Positions 49,987 through 59,690 are shown, numbered from the stretch's first letter. The stretch: DNA of 64,000 bases from a virus (IMGVR_UViG_3300027770_000034); one strand, 5' to 3'. A program made the numbers and translations. Notes: generated by a model not told the origin, from the sequence alone.

Positions 49987-50595
49987 ATGAAAAAACTATT
50001 ATTAGTGTTGGCGGTGTTGGGTTTAACAACAACAGCGTTCACTCAAAAAATCTACAAAGAAAGAGCATTAACAATCGTTGTAGGAAAGTTTGCATTCTGT
50101 GGTGCATCAGCAGCAAAACCAACAGGAAAAATAATTACCGTAGAAGGTAGAAAGTTTTTAGAAGGAGTTGCAGCTTGTCCTGTAATGGATGGTCCTTCAG
50201 TTGCAAATACAATTTTGGTTCCTACACCTTCAATTACACCTGATGGTACAGATAGGACTGTATGGTCTTATTTTTGGTATTATGATAGTGTTCCTCAAGC
50301 ACCAACATGGGATAAGTTACCAACGGTAAATAGAACATTTGTTATCTCAAGAGGACCTGAAGGTGGAATGAGTAATATGTGGTGTATGCCTTGTAAGGTA
50401 TTACCAAATAAAGTTAACGGTGTAACAATTGCAGAATGTTACGGTCCACTTAATGAATTGGCATTCCCAATGAGAAAAGCATTAAGAGCTCATCCAGGTC
50501 AAACATCAGTAACACAAGCACCAATAGGAGCAACATATCCTGTGGGAACAATTATACCTGTGAATACGATTAAGGATATAAAGAGTAAGAAATAA
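49987..50595 (+). CDS. secreted protein with signal peptide
   Basis: MKKLLLVLAVLGLTTTAFTQ signal peptide. Confidence 0.5.
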   Translation: MKKLLLVLAVLGLTTTAFTQKIYKERALTIVVGKFAFCGASAAKPTGKIITVEGRKFLEGVAACPVMDGPSVANTILVPTPSITPDGTDRTVWSYFWYYDSVPQAPTWDKLPTVNRTFVISRGPEGGMSNMWCMPCKVLPNKVNGVTIAECYGPLNELAFPMRKALRAHPGQTSVTQAPIGATYPVGTIIPVNTIKDIKSKK

Positions 50596-50596
50596 T

Positions 50597-50686
50597 ATGA
50601 AAGCGATAGAAATTGTAGTAATCGGATTATACTATGTATTAGTATTCGGATTACTTAGAACACTTTTGAAATTAATATCAAAATAA
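50597..50686 (+). CDS. small hydrophobic peptide (29 aa), uncertain
   Basis: MKAIEIVVIGLYYVLVFGLLRTLLKLISK. ATATGA overlap with the previous stop. A terminator follows. Confidence 0.25.
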   Translation: MKAIEIVVIGLYYVLVFGLLRTLLKLISK

Positions 50687-50691
50687 TTTGA

Positions 50692-50718
50692 ACCCTCACC
50701 TAACGGTGGGGGTTTTTA
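50692..50718 (+). terminator. Rho-independent terminator
   Basis: CCCTCACC TAAC GGTGGGGG plus T5. Confidence 0.65.
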
Positions 50719-50747
50719 TTTCATAATTGTTTCTTATTATTACCAAT

Positions 50748-51155
50748 ATGTCAAAGAACGTCATGGAGCATCAGAGCTCAAACAAAAGCAAATCAATTAA
50801 CGGGAATGATTTTGAGAGAACATTCACCGAAAGAACGGGGTTAGTAATTGTCCCTGATTCAGATAAACCCAAATTTACAAATTGTCACGGAGAAGAACAA
50901 ATCGTGGACTATGACTTCTCCACAATCATAAGTGGGGTAACATATTACATAGATGTTACAACAACCTTCAGGAGTGATAGACTAAAACAGAAATCATATA
51001 ATGCCTTGGTAATGAAAATAATCCTCAAGAAAGAATGTAAGTTCTATACAGTAGTTAAATCATTTACAGAGAACGGAAAGACCAAGAACCCAAAGTTAAT
51101 AGAAGGAATAGATGGGGTAATGGAATTAGATGAATTTATTAAATTAATACAATAA
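50748..51155 (+). CDS. hypothetical protein
   Basis: Start at MSKNVMEH. Confidence 0.45.
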   Translation: MSKNVMEHQSSNKSKSINGNDFERTFTERTGLVIVPDSDKPKFTNCHGEEQIVDYDFSTIISGVTYYIDVTTTFRSDRLKQKSYNALVMKIILKKECKFYTVVKSFTENGKTKNPKLIEGIDGVMELDEFIKLIQ

Positions 51156-51430
51156 TGAAACCAATATACAGAATAGTTAAACACACATATTACAAAGAGT
51201 GTAATGTTAAAGGAGAACACTATACCGTCCAACGTTATAAAAAATTCTTATGGTGGAAATATTGGTCCACATTAACTCAAACAGATTGTTCGTGGGGAGA
51301 TTGTTATAAAGCGGATATAAAGTTTGATACAGAATCAGAAGCAATATATGCAATCAAGAAGTTAGAGAATGGAAACCTTGCACAAGGATGGACAGAAGAA
51401 ATATCATCTGTATTAGACTTTAACAAGTAG
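51155..51430 (+). CDS. hypothetical protein
   Basis: 91 aa. ATAATG coupling. Confidence 0.45.
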   Translation: MKPIYRIVKHTYYKECNVKGEHYTVQRYKKFLWWKYWSTLTQTDCSWGDCYKADIKFDTESEAIYAIKKLENGNLAQGWTEEISSVLDFNK

Positions 51431-52171
51431 TTCCCACTTATAATCTGAGGTAAGAACAATCGCTGTAAAGTTTTCAACCCAATCACCTGAATTATAATAT
51501 TGGATTCCATTAATCTCTTTCATTACTGGAATATGGATATGGCCACAGATAACGCCATTACATGATTTTCTTTTGCCGTACTGAACAGCATTCTCTTCAA
51601 AGTCATTGATAAAACTCAATGCTTTTTTAAAGTTTTCTTTAATTCTTTTGGAGATACTATAATAAGGAAGTTTTCTCCACTCTCTATATTTGTTATAGAT
51701 TGTATTCAACCTTAGAGCCAGGTCATAACCCATTGAGCCAATCTGAGTAAGTAATTTAAACTTGGATGTAAAGATATCAATTTGGTCACCATGAAATACA
51801 AGATATCTTCTATTGTTGAACACATCATCTCCCATCCATTCTTTAACATCAATAATATATTCATCTGCGAATTGTATATTGCCTATTTCCATACCAAAGA
51901 ATTCACGGATATCATCGTCATGATTCCCACGAAGATAAATCACGGGAACATGACGAGATATATCTAATATCTTGGTAATGACTTTTGTATGTTTATTTTT
52001 CCATTTGCTACCACGTCTAAGTGCATCAAAGTCAATAATGTCACCATTTAATATTAGAAGGTCGGTCCTCATGGAATCAAGGAAGTCCAATATCTTTTGT
52101 GGTTTGCAATCTTTCATGCCCAAATGAAGGTCGGACATAATAACGGTTTTATATCCAGTAGTTGTGGTCAT
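51413..52171 (-). CDS. LpxH-like calcineurin-type metallophosphoesterase
   Basis: IMSDLHLG, LILNGDIID, IYLRGNHD, LVFHGDQID, VICGHIHIP and YNSGDW parallel the LpxH motif series DLHL / GDLFE / GNRD / HGD / GHTH. Confidence 0.7.
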   Translation of the reverse strand: MTTTTGYKTVIMSDLHLGMKDCKPQKILDFLDSMRTDLLILNGDIIDFDALRRGSKWKNKHTKVITKILDISRHVPVIYLRGNHDDDIREFFGMEIGNIQFADEYIIDVKEWMGDDVFNNRRYLVFHGDQIDIFTSKFKLLTQIGSMGYDLALRLNTIYNKYREWRKLPYYSISKRIKENFKKALSFINDFEENAVQYGKRKSCNGVICGHIHIPVMKEINGIQYYNSGDWVENFTAIVLTSDYKWELLVKV

Positions 52172-52847
52172 TCTTAAAAAATTCAGGATTGTTTTTATTG
52201 ATATAAGATAAAAAGGACATCTTCATCATATACAATAGACCTTTCTTTTTAAAGCGTCTATCTGTTGTATATATCTTATGTTTTGACACATGAAACTTAT
52301 CAGGAGATATCTTCATGCTCAAATGAAAGTCTTCGGCAAATTTATCATCATTAACAAATCCACCGACCTTATTGAATTCCGATATGTCAAAGAGCATAAA
52401 ACCACCAATGGCACATGGAGCACTCCAAATGGTAATGTTTCTAAAGAATTCAAAGATGGGGAAGATAAAAGAATACTTACCTCTACATCTGAACCTACAA
52501 GTTAACAAATGTTTCTTACTGTCGTTCATATAGTTAATCACCTCATCAATAGTGTTAACGTCAACAAGAAACATATCAGCATCCAAGAATAAAACATAAG
52601 GGGTGGTACATAACGAAGCACCGTTATTTCTGGCAATGCTCGGAAGACCACCATCAGCAATGACGATATCTAAGTTCTTGTATTTCCCCGAATTAACAAT
52701 CTCAATAGTATTATCGTCAGAAGAATCACAGATTATAACTTTAGTTCCGTTTATATAATGTTGTTTGTTTAAATGACCGAGAGTAACATCAATTAAGTCA
52801 CTCTCATTTTTGGTGGGGATAACCACAGTAAGAAAATTTTTAATCAT
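52149..52847 (-). CDS. family 2 glycosyltransferase
   Basis: LTVVIPTKNESDLIDVTLGHLNKQ...KVIICDSSDDNT and DxD LFLDAD. Coupled to the LpxH-like gene. Confidence 0.75.
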   Translation of the reverse strand: MIKNFLTVVIPTKNESDLIDVTLGHLNKQHYINGTKVIICDSSDDNTIEIVNSGKYKNLDIVIADGGLPSIARNNGASLCTTPYVLFLDADMFLVDVNTIDEVINYMNDSKKHLLTCRFRCRGKYSFIFPIFEFFRNITIWSAPCAIGGFMLFDISEFNKVGGFVNDDKFAEDFHLSMKISPDKFHVSKHKIYTTDRRFKKKGLLYMMKMSFLSYINKNNPEFFKNDHNYWI

Positions 52848-52892
52848 ACAGATAAATAGGAAATCACTATATCATCTGATGTTAACTTATTA

Positions 52893-53216
52893 TTAAATGG
52901 CGGTGGAATTACATTCAGTTTCCAATGGTACAAGAACATCTTCATAAGTGGAATTCTTACCCATAACATACACGGGGAGACTGTCAAACCAATTATCATA
53001 AACCATCCCAGCAATATTTTTATCACAACTGAACAGGTCCATCAATTTATCTATATTTGGTAATCTATTAATATGAGACTTACTATTATCTTTCAAACGA
53101 TAGCACTTGGTTTCATCCATAATATATACAAGGCTACCAAACTTACACTTATATACATAAGCTTTAGGATAGGTTGTATTCAGATATAAAAGCATAAGTT
53201 TTCTCATACCATACAA
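52893..53216 (-). CDS. hypothetical protein
   Basis: 107-aa ORF. Confidence 0.45.
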   Translation of the reverse strand: MYGMRKLMLLYLNTTYPKAYVYKCKFGSLVYIMDETKCYRLKDNSKSHINRLPNIDKLMDLFSCDKNIAGMVYDNWFDSLPVYVMGKNSTYEDVLVPLETECNSTAI

Positions 53217-53811
53217 AGATATGAAAAAAAGGGTGATATTAGAAATATAAAAAATTCAGTATAAATACTGATGTTTTATTGGAAAAAGTTGTATATTTTT
53301 GTGATATAAAAACAAATAACTTATGAATGAAGAATTAATACTTAAATGTTATGTAGTAGTATCTTGTAGTATGAATGAAGGATATTATTTTGATAATTCT
53401 TATGTCTTTAAAAACAAAATGGATGCTGAAAAGTATATTGAACAATTAGACAGTGAAGATACTTTTGATATAGTAGAATTAAACTTTATTGATTAAAAAT
53501 AAATAATATGAAACAAGTTATATTTTTAATACTTGCATACACAGGTGGTATGTTAGTTGAGAAATTAAGAAATCATTATAAAAACAAATAATATGAAATT
53601 AAGTTTAGAATTATTTGACATATACATAGAAAAAAAAGGTAGATGTTGGTTTTCATTATTGGAAATCAATAATGACGAATGCCTACTTTATATTGAATGG
53701 GGACAAAGAGGATTTATCCAAATCAGTTTCTTATTTGGACTAATTAAAAATTATTAATATAAAAAAAGCGTGGGGTTAAACGTCAGCCGAACAACGACAG
53801 ATTAAATATAG

Positions 53812-54594
53812 ATGATATTTATTTATATGGTATATAATGATGTATTAAGATTAGGTGAAGGGATTGTAATCCCATCTTCACATGATGCACCATATATTTT
53901 CCCACCATCAAATCCTAAACTTATTGAATTAATCCAAAAAGAAGCTAAGAATGGATATTATTATGAAGGTTGTGGTGAAGATAATTGTGGTGCTGGAGAA
54001 GGAAGAGAAAAGTCATTTCTTCAATCCATAAATGCACCAATAAAAAATAATGGCTCGTTTGATGATTTAAATCTCGGATACTATAATGGATATGTTTTGT
54101 TTTCCAATATAGAGGCAAACAAAGAAACCTTAAATAAGTTATTGTCTATTTCTGGTGATACCGTTAAAGACGTTATTATAAACGCAGCAAAACAAGGTAT
54201 CGCAACACAAAATAGTAAGCCTGTATCACATATAGATTATTTTATAAGATTATTAGAAAATAACTTTACTGAAGAACAATTAAATCAAGAATCCACAGAG
54301 GAAAACATTATACAATTCCTTAAAGATGGGGAAAATATAATGTGGGGAAGTTATGATATTAATACAGGAGGTCCCAAAGGGTCATTATCCGAATATGCTA
54401 AGAAAGCCACACATCTTAGAAGAAAGAATTTAAAGAATAAAATATCAAAAGGAGGAATTGCTTTTATAGGTGATGGACACATTCCTGAAATAAAAATAGA
54501 TTTTCCCGAATCTGAAGTTATAGGAACACTTGTAGATAATACAAAAATTCAAGAACAAGTTTATAGGATAAAACAAATGATGAGTATTATATAG
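53812..54594 (+). CDS. hypothetical protein
   Basis: 260-aa ORF. Confidence 0.5.
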   Translation: MIFIYMVYNDVLRLGEGIVIPSSHDAPYIFPPSNPKLIELIQKEAKNGYYYEGCGEDNCGAGEGREKSFLQSINAPIKNNGSFDDLNLGYYNGYVLFSNIEANKETLNKLLSISGDTVKDVIINAAKQGIATQNSKPVSHIDYFIRLLENNFTEEQLNQESTEENIIQFLKDGENIMWGSYDINTGGPKGSLSEYAKKATHLRRKNLKNKISKGGIAFIGDGHIPEIKIDFPESEVIGTLVDNTKIQEQVYRIKQMMSII

Positions 54595-54695
54595 ATTATA
54601 GTATATGTCCATAATATCATACAATTCATACAAAGATATGAAATTAATTTGAATAAAATAAGATTTGATTGTATCAGGTGGGGGAATCAAAAAAA

Positions 54696-55055
54696 TTAGC
54701 AGCGTTCTCTACCATCAAAATAAAACTCGGTGCACTCAACATAAAAATAATCCTTTAATAAGTCATGCATTTCATCGTACTCAATACTACCAATACTCTC
54801 ATCATCATAAAAATAAGGATGAAGACCGTCCATTAACACAGTAAAGAATTTCTTTTCAAACTTTTCGTAATCATCAATTCTACAAATATCAGACTCCATA
54901 AGCTCAAAGGCCTCTTTCAATTCCTCTTTAACCAAATTAAATCTTCTCTTAATCCAAAAGAGAGACTTCTGATTAATGACTCTATCATATTGTTCTTCTG
55001 TTATTATTATTTTCATAAGATTAAACGGTGAATATATCAACATAGTCACGACCAT
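54696..55055 (-). CDS. hypothetical protein
   Basis: 119-aa ORF. Confidence 0.45.
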   Translation of the reverse strand: MVVTMLIYSPFNLMKIIITEEQYDRVINQKSLFWIKRRFNLVKEELKEAFELMESDICRIDDYEKFEKKFFTVLMDGLHPYFYDDESIGSIEYDEMHDLLKDYFYVECTEFYFDGRERC

Positions 55056-55308
55056 TCGTAACTTTATTATCCAAAGAGGACATTTTAAAAAGAGTTCTTA
55101 TATCATTCTGTATTTCTCTCTCGTCATTAACGGTATTAGTTCTTAAAAAGACTCTATACCTTCTAACGCCTCTAAAAAAATCCGACGTAATATCAATATC
55201 TTCTATCTCAGGATACTTTGGCATAACGATGGTCTCAATTATTCTCCTAAGAACATCTTCTTTTTCTTTCCAATTAATCATGATAATAAATACTTTATGA
55301 TTATACAA
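55021..55308 (-). CDS. hypothetical protein (paralog of 55558..55854)
   Basis: LRRIIETIVMPKYPEIEDIDI parallels LKKILNIMVPEKYPMVSRIQV in the next gene. Confidence 0.45.
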   Translation of the reverse strand: MYNHKVFIIMINWKEKEDVLRRIIETIVMPKYPEIEDIDITSDFFRGVRRYRVFLRTNTVNDEREIQNDIRTLFKMSSLDNKVTNGRDYVDIFTV

Positions 55309-55557
55309 TTAATTCACTCAGTTCGGGACAAAAACAATCCACTACACTACGTTCCGTGGATGTCCCTCACTTCCTTCATTAATAGTATAATCCTGTACCA
55401 AAATTATAATAACCTGTTGTGGATAAATTATAATAACGTGTCATATAAGGGATAACCGCATCGGTAACATGTGTCGTATAAGACGCATTAACTCGTGATG
55501 TATGCTCATTCACCATGTCTCCGACATTCATGTCGGGAACATCCTTTAAATTCATCA

Positions 55558-55854
55558 TTACCAATGTTCGGGGTTAAAGAAAACAACCCGTAAAGTTTCA
55601 TCACCTTTTAAAACATAACGTGACACCTCTTCTATATAATCGCGAACGTCTGAACTTCTTAATCTTTCTAACTCTTCAGGACCAACTCCCAAATATATGA
55701 GATAATTAATACCATTACTATATTCGGATGAATCATCAATTACCTGAATACGTGAAACCATAGGATACTTCTCAGGTACCATTATATTAAGAATCTTTTT
55801 AAGTGCAATATATGTGTTGTCCATAATAGTAAATATATATCCCCCACCAAACAT
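55558..55854 (-). CDS. hypothetical protein (paralog of 55021..55308)
   Basis: 98 aa. Shared KYP-containing segment. Confidence 0.45.
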   Translation of the reverse strand: MFGGGYIFTIMDNTYIALKKILNIMVPEKYPMVSRIQVIDDSSEYSNGINYLIYLGVGPEELERLRSSDVRDYIEEVSRYVLKGDETLRVVFFNPEHW

Positions 55855-56469
55855 ATTGTCCCCACTCCTTATCAGTCGGGGGTGATAAACACCCCACTAT
55901 ATGAGTGAACATATGAGATGGTGATGTAATGTGTCAGCCCCTAACTTTACCAAACCACCCTACGGGTCAAGCTATAAGTTGACTTTTGACAATAAATAAG
56001 TTGTAGACATGACTACAAAAATTAGGACTTCGTCTTAAAACTATAGTCATAACTATAACCACATTTTCCCACTCTCACTTCGTTCGGTGGGGTTCCACCA
56101 CCATACATGAGATGTTCGCCCTTGGGGACTCCCTTAGGGTCGGTCTACGACACTGTAATCACCCATACGAGGAGACATCTTAGACAAGATTTCGTTGAAG
56201 AAATACTCTCTAAGGTTCCCTAAAGGGAACTCCACGGCTCTCACACTTACTATTCCTTTTTTAGCCAAGTTTCTTATATACTAAAAAACTGGTCGTGGCG
56301 GGGTCACTACAGGGGAAAAAGTGGTCTTTTAACATACGTGGGGACTATTTCGGTGGTAAAAAGTGGGATTATATGTTAGTGAGTGTAGGTCCAAAAGTGG
56401 GGTGAGGGATTATCCCCATCGTAACGAGTCCCCTGACATTATGACAAAACCAAATATTTCCCTATAAAG

Positions 56470-56478
56470 TTATCCACA
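56470..56478 (+). promoter_or_regulatory. DnaA-box-like 9-mer TTATCCACA (within 13-mer AAAGTTATCCACA)
   Basis: Exact match to the bacterial DnaA box consensus. First of five copies between 56.4 and 58.0 kb. Confidence 0.5.
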
Positions 56479-56527
56479 TCCCCACCTTTTTTTCCACCCT
56501 GTCATAGCGTCATGTGGAAAACTTAAT

Positions 56528-56536
56528 TGTGGATAA
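56528..56536 (-). promoter_or_regulatory. DnaA-box-like 9-mer (inverted orientation, TGTGGATAA)
   Basis: Reverse complement TTATCCACA, 50 nt from the first box. Confidence 0.5.
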
Positions 56537-56548
56537 GTTTATTTTTAT

Positions 56549-56836
56549 ATGTTCCTAACTTATACTTTATGGTACATGGACAAACTGACATATGAATTAA
56601 CTCACTTAGAGCAAGACCGTATAAGGATTATTGTTACTATGATGGGTGGGGAAGTGGAACTCGGTACACTATATTTTGAGAAAGCCAAGAGGTCCTTCTC
56701 AAGGAAACCTGTGGGGATGGACCAATGGGCGTGTGTGGATGCGAAGGTGGAAGGGTTGTATATTCATGGTGGGGATAACATTACTCCCAAGGATATTGTG
56801 GCACATTGCCAAGCATTGATTAAAGCTTCTGTTTAA
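56549..56836 (+). CDS. hypothetical protein
   Basis: 95-aa ORF in the GC-elevated region. Confidence 0.4.
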   Translation: MFLTYTLWYMDKLTYELTHLEQDRIRIIVTMMGGEVELGTLYFEKAKRSFSRKPVGMDQWACVDAKVEGLYIHGGDNITPKDIVAHCQALIKASV

Positions 56837-57242
56837 TATCATTCCAACAAACACTATAGAGATTCTCCATACCACGTGCTTCCAACTCCTGAGGATGTTT
56901 ATCATACCCCACCTTTGACAAGACATTATTATACCAACGAAGGTTCTGTAGGTAGTGAGCATATTCATGAAGGACAGCACGGACCACACACTTAACGGTG
57001 GGGGAATAATTCCTGAACACCATAATGGTCCGAGTATTATAATCATATACACCACAGGCGGGGATGGACTTAACCCCACGAGTACGAACACTATAGTTAA
57101 CAGGTCGAGACTTGGTCCCCACATTTGTTTCGCACCATCTAATTGTCTCGCACACGATGGACCTAATCTGACGAACGGTTAGTTCAGAGGTTGGGGTCTT
57201 TAAGTATGTCTTCATGTCACGAAGATACGAAATATCCCCCAC
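56820..57242 (-). CDS. SprT-like zinc metallopeptidase
   Basis: AVLHEYAHYLQ (HExxH) followed by HPQELEARGME. The upstream GV..Y......IMVF architecture is typical of SprT/WLM-like proteins. Confidence 0.55.
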   Translation of the reverse strand: MGDISYLRDMKTYLKTPTSELTVRQIRSIVCETIRWCETNVGTKSRPVNYSVRTRGVKSIPACGVYDYNTRTIMVFRNYSPTVKCVVRAVLHEYAHYLQNLRWYNNVLSKVGYDKHPQELEARGMENLYSVCWNDIKQKL

Positions 57243-57424
57243 AAAAATAAATTTGTTTATATGGAGAAAAGGGCGTACCTTTGTATTACGCCCTGACCAT
57301 TAATTGGTGGGGTGACAACAGCCTACCTCTGATTTCTTCAGCTGACAACTTGCCCCCGCCCGTTCTACACTCCCGCTTCGAACAATACAAAGGAACGACT
57401 ATTTATTGATATAACCAAATAAAG

Positions 57425-57433
57425 TTATCCACA
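57425..57433 (+). promoter_or_regulatory. DnaA-box-like 9-mer TTATCCACA (13-mer AAAGTTATCCACA)
   Basis: Abuts the ATG at 57433. Confidence 0.5.
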
Positions 57434-57891
57434 TGGCAGTAGACTATCCAATGACATACGAACAACTCATAGACAACTATGAGTTTAAGATTGCAAAGAA
57501 AATGCTCCTAAGAGAATACCCATGGATTAAAGACGTGGTTATAAGAGAAGATGAGATAAACAAATGGAACCTTATCTTCTTGGACGTTACCATTGACCCA
57601 TATGAGTTGGGGAGACAAGAGGATTGGACCGTTGCAAGATACTTGGATAGAAGCATTAGAGAGGTCGGTGAGTATTGGTCCCCATACTTATCCACGTTCT
57701 ATAAAGATGTTATGTGGGAAGACGCAAGACCACTACAAGATAGTATTAACAAGTCACTTGAATCAATCCATACTTCCCCCGCCCTTCCCGAAGAACTACG
57801 TCTACCTGGCACAAGAAAGTTTCAGGTGGGTTCATGGTATACTTACCCCACCAGCATCACCCCCGAAGATACAACCAATAGTTCAGACTAA
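57433..57891 (+). CDS. hypothetical protein
   Basis: 152-aa ORF. Confidence 0.45.
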   Translation: MAVDYPMTYEQLIDNYEFKIAKKMLLREYPWIKDVVIREDEINKWNLIFLDVTIDPYELGRQEDWTVARYLDRSIREVGEYWSPYLSTFYKDVMWEDARPLQDSINKSLESIHTSPALPEELRLPGTRKFQVGSWYTYPTSITPEDTTNSSD

Positions 57892-57900
57892 CAAACTTAT

Positions 57901-57909
57901 TTATCCACA
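57901..57909 (+). promoter_or_regulatory. DnaA-box-like 9-mer TTATCCACA
   Basis: Fourth copy. Confidence 0.5.
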
Positions 57910-57950
57910 TTAGTGGTTGACAACATGACAGGAGGGGAGGGTCAATAAAG

Positions 57951-57959
57951 TTATCCACA
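57951..57959 (+). promoter_or_regulatory. DnaA-box-like 9-mer TTATCCACA (13-mer AAAGTTATCCACA)
   Basis: Fifth copy, followed by poly-C tracts. Confidence 0.5.
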
Positions 57960-57961
57960 CA

Positions 57962-58045
57962 CTGCCCCCTATACCCCCCTCTTGGGTGGGGATAACCCCC
58001 CCTCCCCCCGTATCCCCCCTTACTATACTGTCAGAATGTCATTTG
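57962..58045. repeat. homopolymeric C/G tract cluster
   Basis: CCCCCT ATACCCCCCT ... GGGGATAACCCCCCCTCCCCCCGTATCCCCCCT ... TTTGGGGGG. This is exceptional in an AT-rich genome. Confidence 0.8.
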
Positions 58046-58120
58046 GGGGGTATAATACCTTGAGTTACGCAAATAAATTTTTGGGAAAAAAAATGACCTT
58101 TCTTGGGTATTTATTTGAAT

Positions 58121-58438
58121 ATGAAATACATTATATCTGAATCAAGATTTGAAAGTTTGATATTGAATTATCTTAATGATTCATTGAAAAATATTAAATC
58201 ACATTCCGAAGAGATTGATGGTGAAGAATATAATTGGTGGGGTACTGAAGGCACTCCTGTATTTGTTCTTAAACATGTTAAAGATAAACTTGGAATTGCA
58301 TTTGATGAACAATATGTTTCTTCAATGTGTGATTTATTTGGGATATCCGATTACGAGGTTAAAACTTATATTTTAAGATGGATTAACTCAGAGTTGGATA
58401 TTCACCCTGAATTCACAATTAAACAAGAAATGTTTTAA
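58121..58438 (+). CDS. small hypothetical protein with conserved N-terminal motif
   Basis: MKYIISESRFESLILNYLN. A terminator follows directly. Confidence 0.45.
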   Translation: MKYIISESRFESLILNYLNDSLKNIKSHSEEIDGEEYNWWGTEGTPVFVLKHVKDKLGIAFDEQYVSSMCDLFGISDYEVKTYILRWINSELDIHPEFTIKQEMF

Positions 58439-58452
58439 GATTTATAAAACAA

Positions 58453-58483
58453 GACCCTCTTCAATTACGAAGGGGGTTTTTTC
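58453..58483 (+). terminator. Rho-independent terminator (repeat family A)
   Basis: AAGACCCTCTTC AATTAC GAAGGGGG plus T6. Near-identical to the terminator at 59062. Confidence 0.75.
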
Positions 58484-58545
58484 ATTTAAAAATTTTTTTG
58501 GAAAAAAATGACCTTTTGAATATATTTATAATAAAATAATTTAGC

Positions 58546-59049
58546 ATGGGAAAAATAGTAAGATTAACAGAACAAGATTTAGTTCGTTTGGTAAATAGAG
58601 TAATTAAAGAACAATCATTATCCGATTATGCTTCTGAATTAGGTAAGAAAGTAAAATCGTATGGTCAAAACTTAGCAGGAAAACTTCCTCCGTATTGGGG
58701 AAAATTAAAAAACATGAACCCTAAACCAACAGTGGAGAAATCAAATCTTTTACAAAAAACTTTGGGAGGTGCTGCAGAAATGTTACAGTGGGAGAATGGA
58801 GATAATGTCTTGGGTGTACATTCGGACGGAACGGTTGAAATCCTTATTGGAGCTGGTGTAGCAGGTCCTAATGGTTTATCAGCTAAACAACAAAAACAAA
58901 TGGATTCTGTTGGAAGTATTTTGAGAACTTTTGGTATGACTCCTAAATGGGAACAATTACATGAAGGACAAATGTATGTTGAGATTAAAGGTTTGAACCC
59001 AAATCAAATATTCACCTTGGTGAATACCTCCTCAAAGTTCCTTAAATAA
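58546..59049 (+). CDS. hypothetical protein, IRLTExDL N-terminal family
   Basis: MGKIVRLTEQDLVRLVNRVIKEQS, shared with 25976 and 59712. Confidence 0.5.
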   Translation: MGKIVRLTEQDLVRLVNRVIKEQSLSDYASELGKKVKSYGQNLAGKLPPYWGKLKNMNPKPTVEKSNLLQKTLGGAAEMLQWENGDNVLGVHSDGTVEILIGAGVAGPNGLSAKQQKQMDSVGSILRTFGMTPKWEQLHEGQMYVEIKGLNPNQIFTLVNTSSKFLK

Positions 59050-59061
59050 TAAAAATATTAA

Positions 59062-59092
59062 GACCCTCTTCCGAAACGAAGGGGGTTTTTTA
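59062..59092 (+). terminator. Rho-independent terminator (repeat family A)
   Basis: AAGACCCTCTTC CGAAAC GAAGGGGG plus T6. Confidence 0.75.
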
Positions 59093-59138
59093 ATTTAAAA
59101 TTTTTGGGAAATTTTTATATTTATTAGAAACTAAAAAT

Positions 59139-59654
59139 ATGAATACAAGTTATAGTAAGATTAGACACATACAAGAAGCTAATCAAAGATTGGAAAGAAG
59201 AATACTATCAGAACAAGTTGATGGGATGGAAGAATTTAAACAAGAACTACAAAACGTTGGTGAACCAATGAGTGATGAAGAAATACAAGAACTTCAACCT
59301 GACTGTCCAATATCTTCTGAAGTACCTGAACATGAAGATGTTGTAAGAAAATTTCAAGAGGAACTTAAAACTATGAGTATCCCTGAAATCAAAAACAAGA
59401 TTAAAGAATTAAAAGCACAACAGAAAAATAATTCAGTACAAGAACAGCCTTCTGCTATTGGAATTGATAGTGGTACACTTAATAGGGCGGGTATTGGATT
59501 TGCAAAAGGTGTTGTTGGATTATTGATTCTATTATGTATTATTGAATTATTCAAAAAAATATTTGGTGGTAGAGAAAGAGTAAGAACAAGTAAAGAATGT
59601 AGACAAAGAAACAGATTGGTTAGACGATACGGACTCCGTGGAGCAACAATGTAA
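59139..59654 (+). CDS. hypothetical protein with C-terminal TM helix
   Basis: Acidic N-terminal half. GIGFAKGVVGLLILLCIIELF hydrophobic segment, then a basic tail. Confidence 0.45.
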   Translation: MNTSYSKIRHIQEANQRLERRILSEQVDGMEEFKQELQNVGEPMSDEEIQELQPDCPISSEVPEHEDVVRKFQEELKTMSIPEIKNKIKELKAQQKNNSVQEQPSAIGIDSGTLNRAGIGFAKGVVGLLILLCIIELFKKIFGGRERVRTSKECRQRNRLVRRYGLRGATM

Positions 59655-59660
59655 TTTTGA

Positions 59661-59690
59661 AACCTCTTCAGAAATGAAGGGGTTTTTTAT
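59661..59690 (+). terminator. Rho-independent terminator
   Basis: CCTCTTCA GAAA TGAAGGGG plus T6. Confidence 0.75.

Noticed and set aside
53220-53810. Several tiny ORFs (about 28-58 aa) in the AT-rich gap 53220-53810.
   Set aside because: They are short, their order and starts are ambiguous, and there are no conserved motifs. They may be real micro-proteins, but the sequence alone gives too little support to call them.
56699-57695. Overlapping ORFs 56699..57124(-), 56955..57182(+) and 57477..57695(-).
   Set aside because: Alternate frames of the SprT-like gene and of 57433..57891 in a GC-richer segment where random ORFs run longer.
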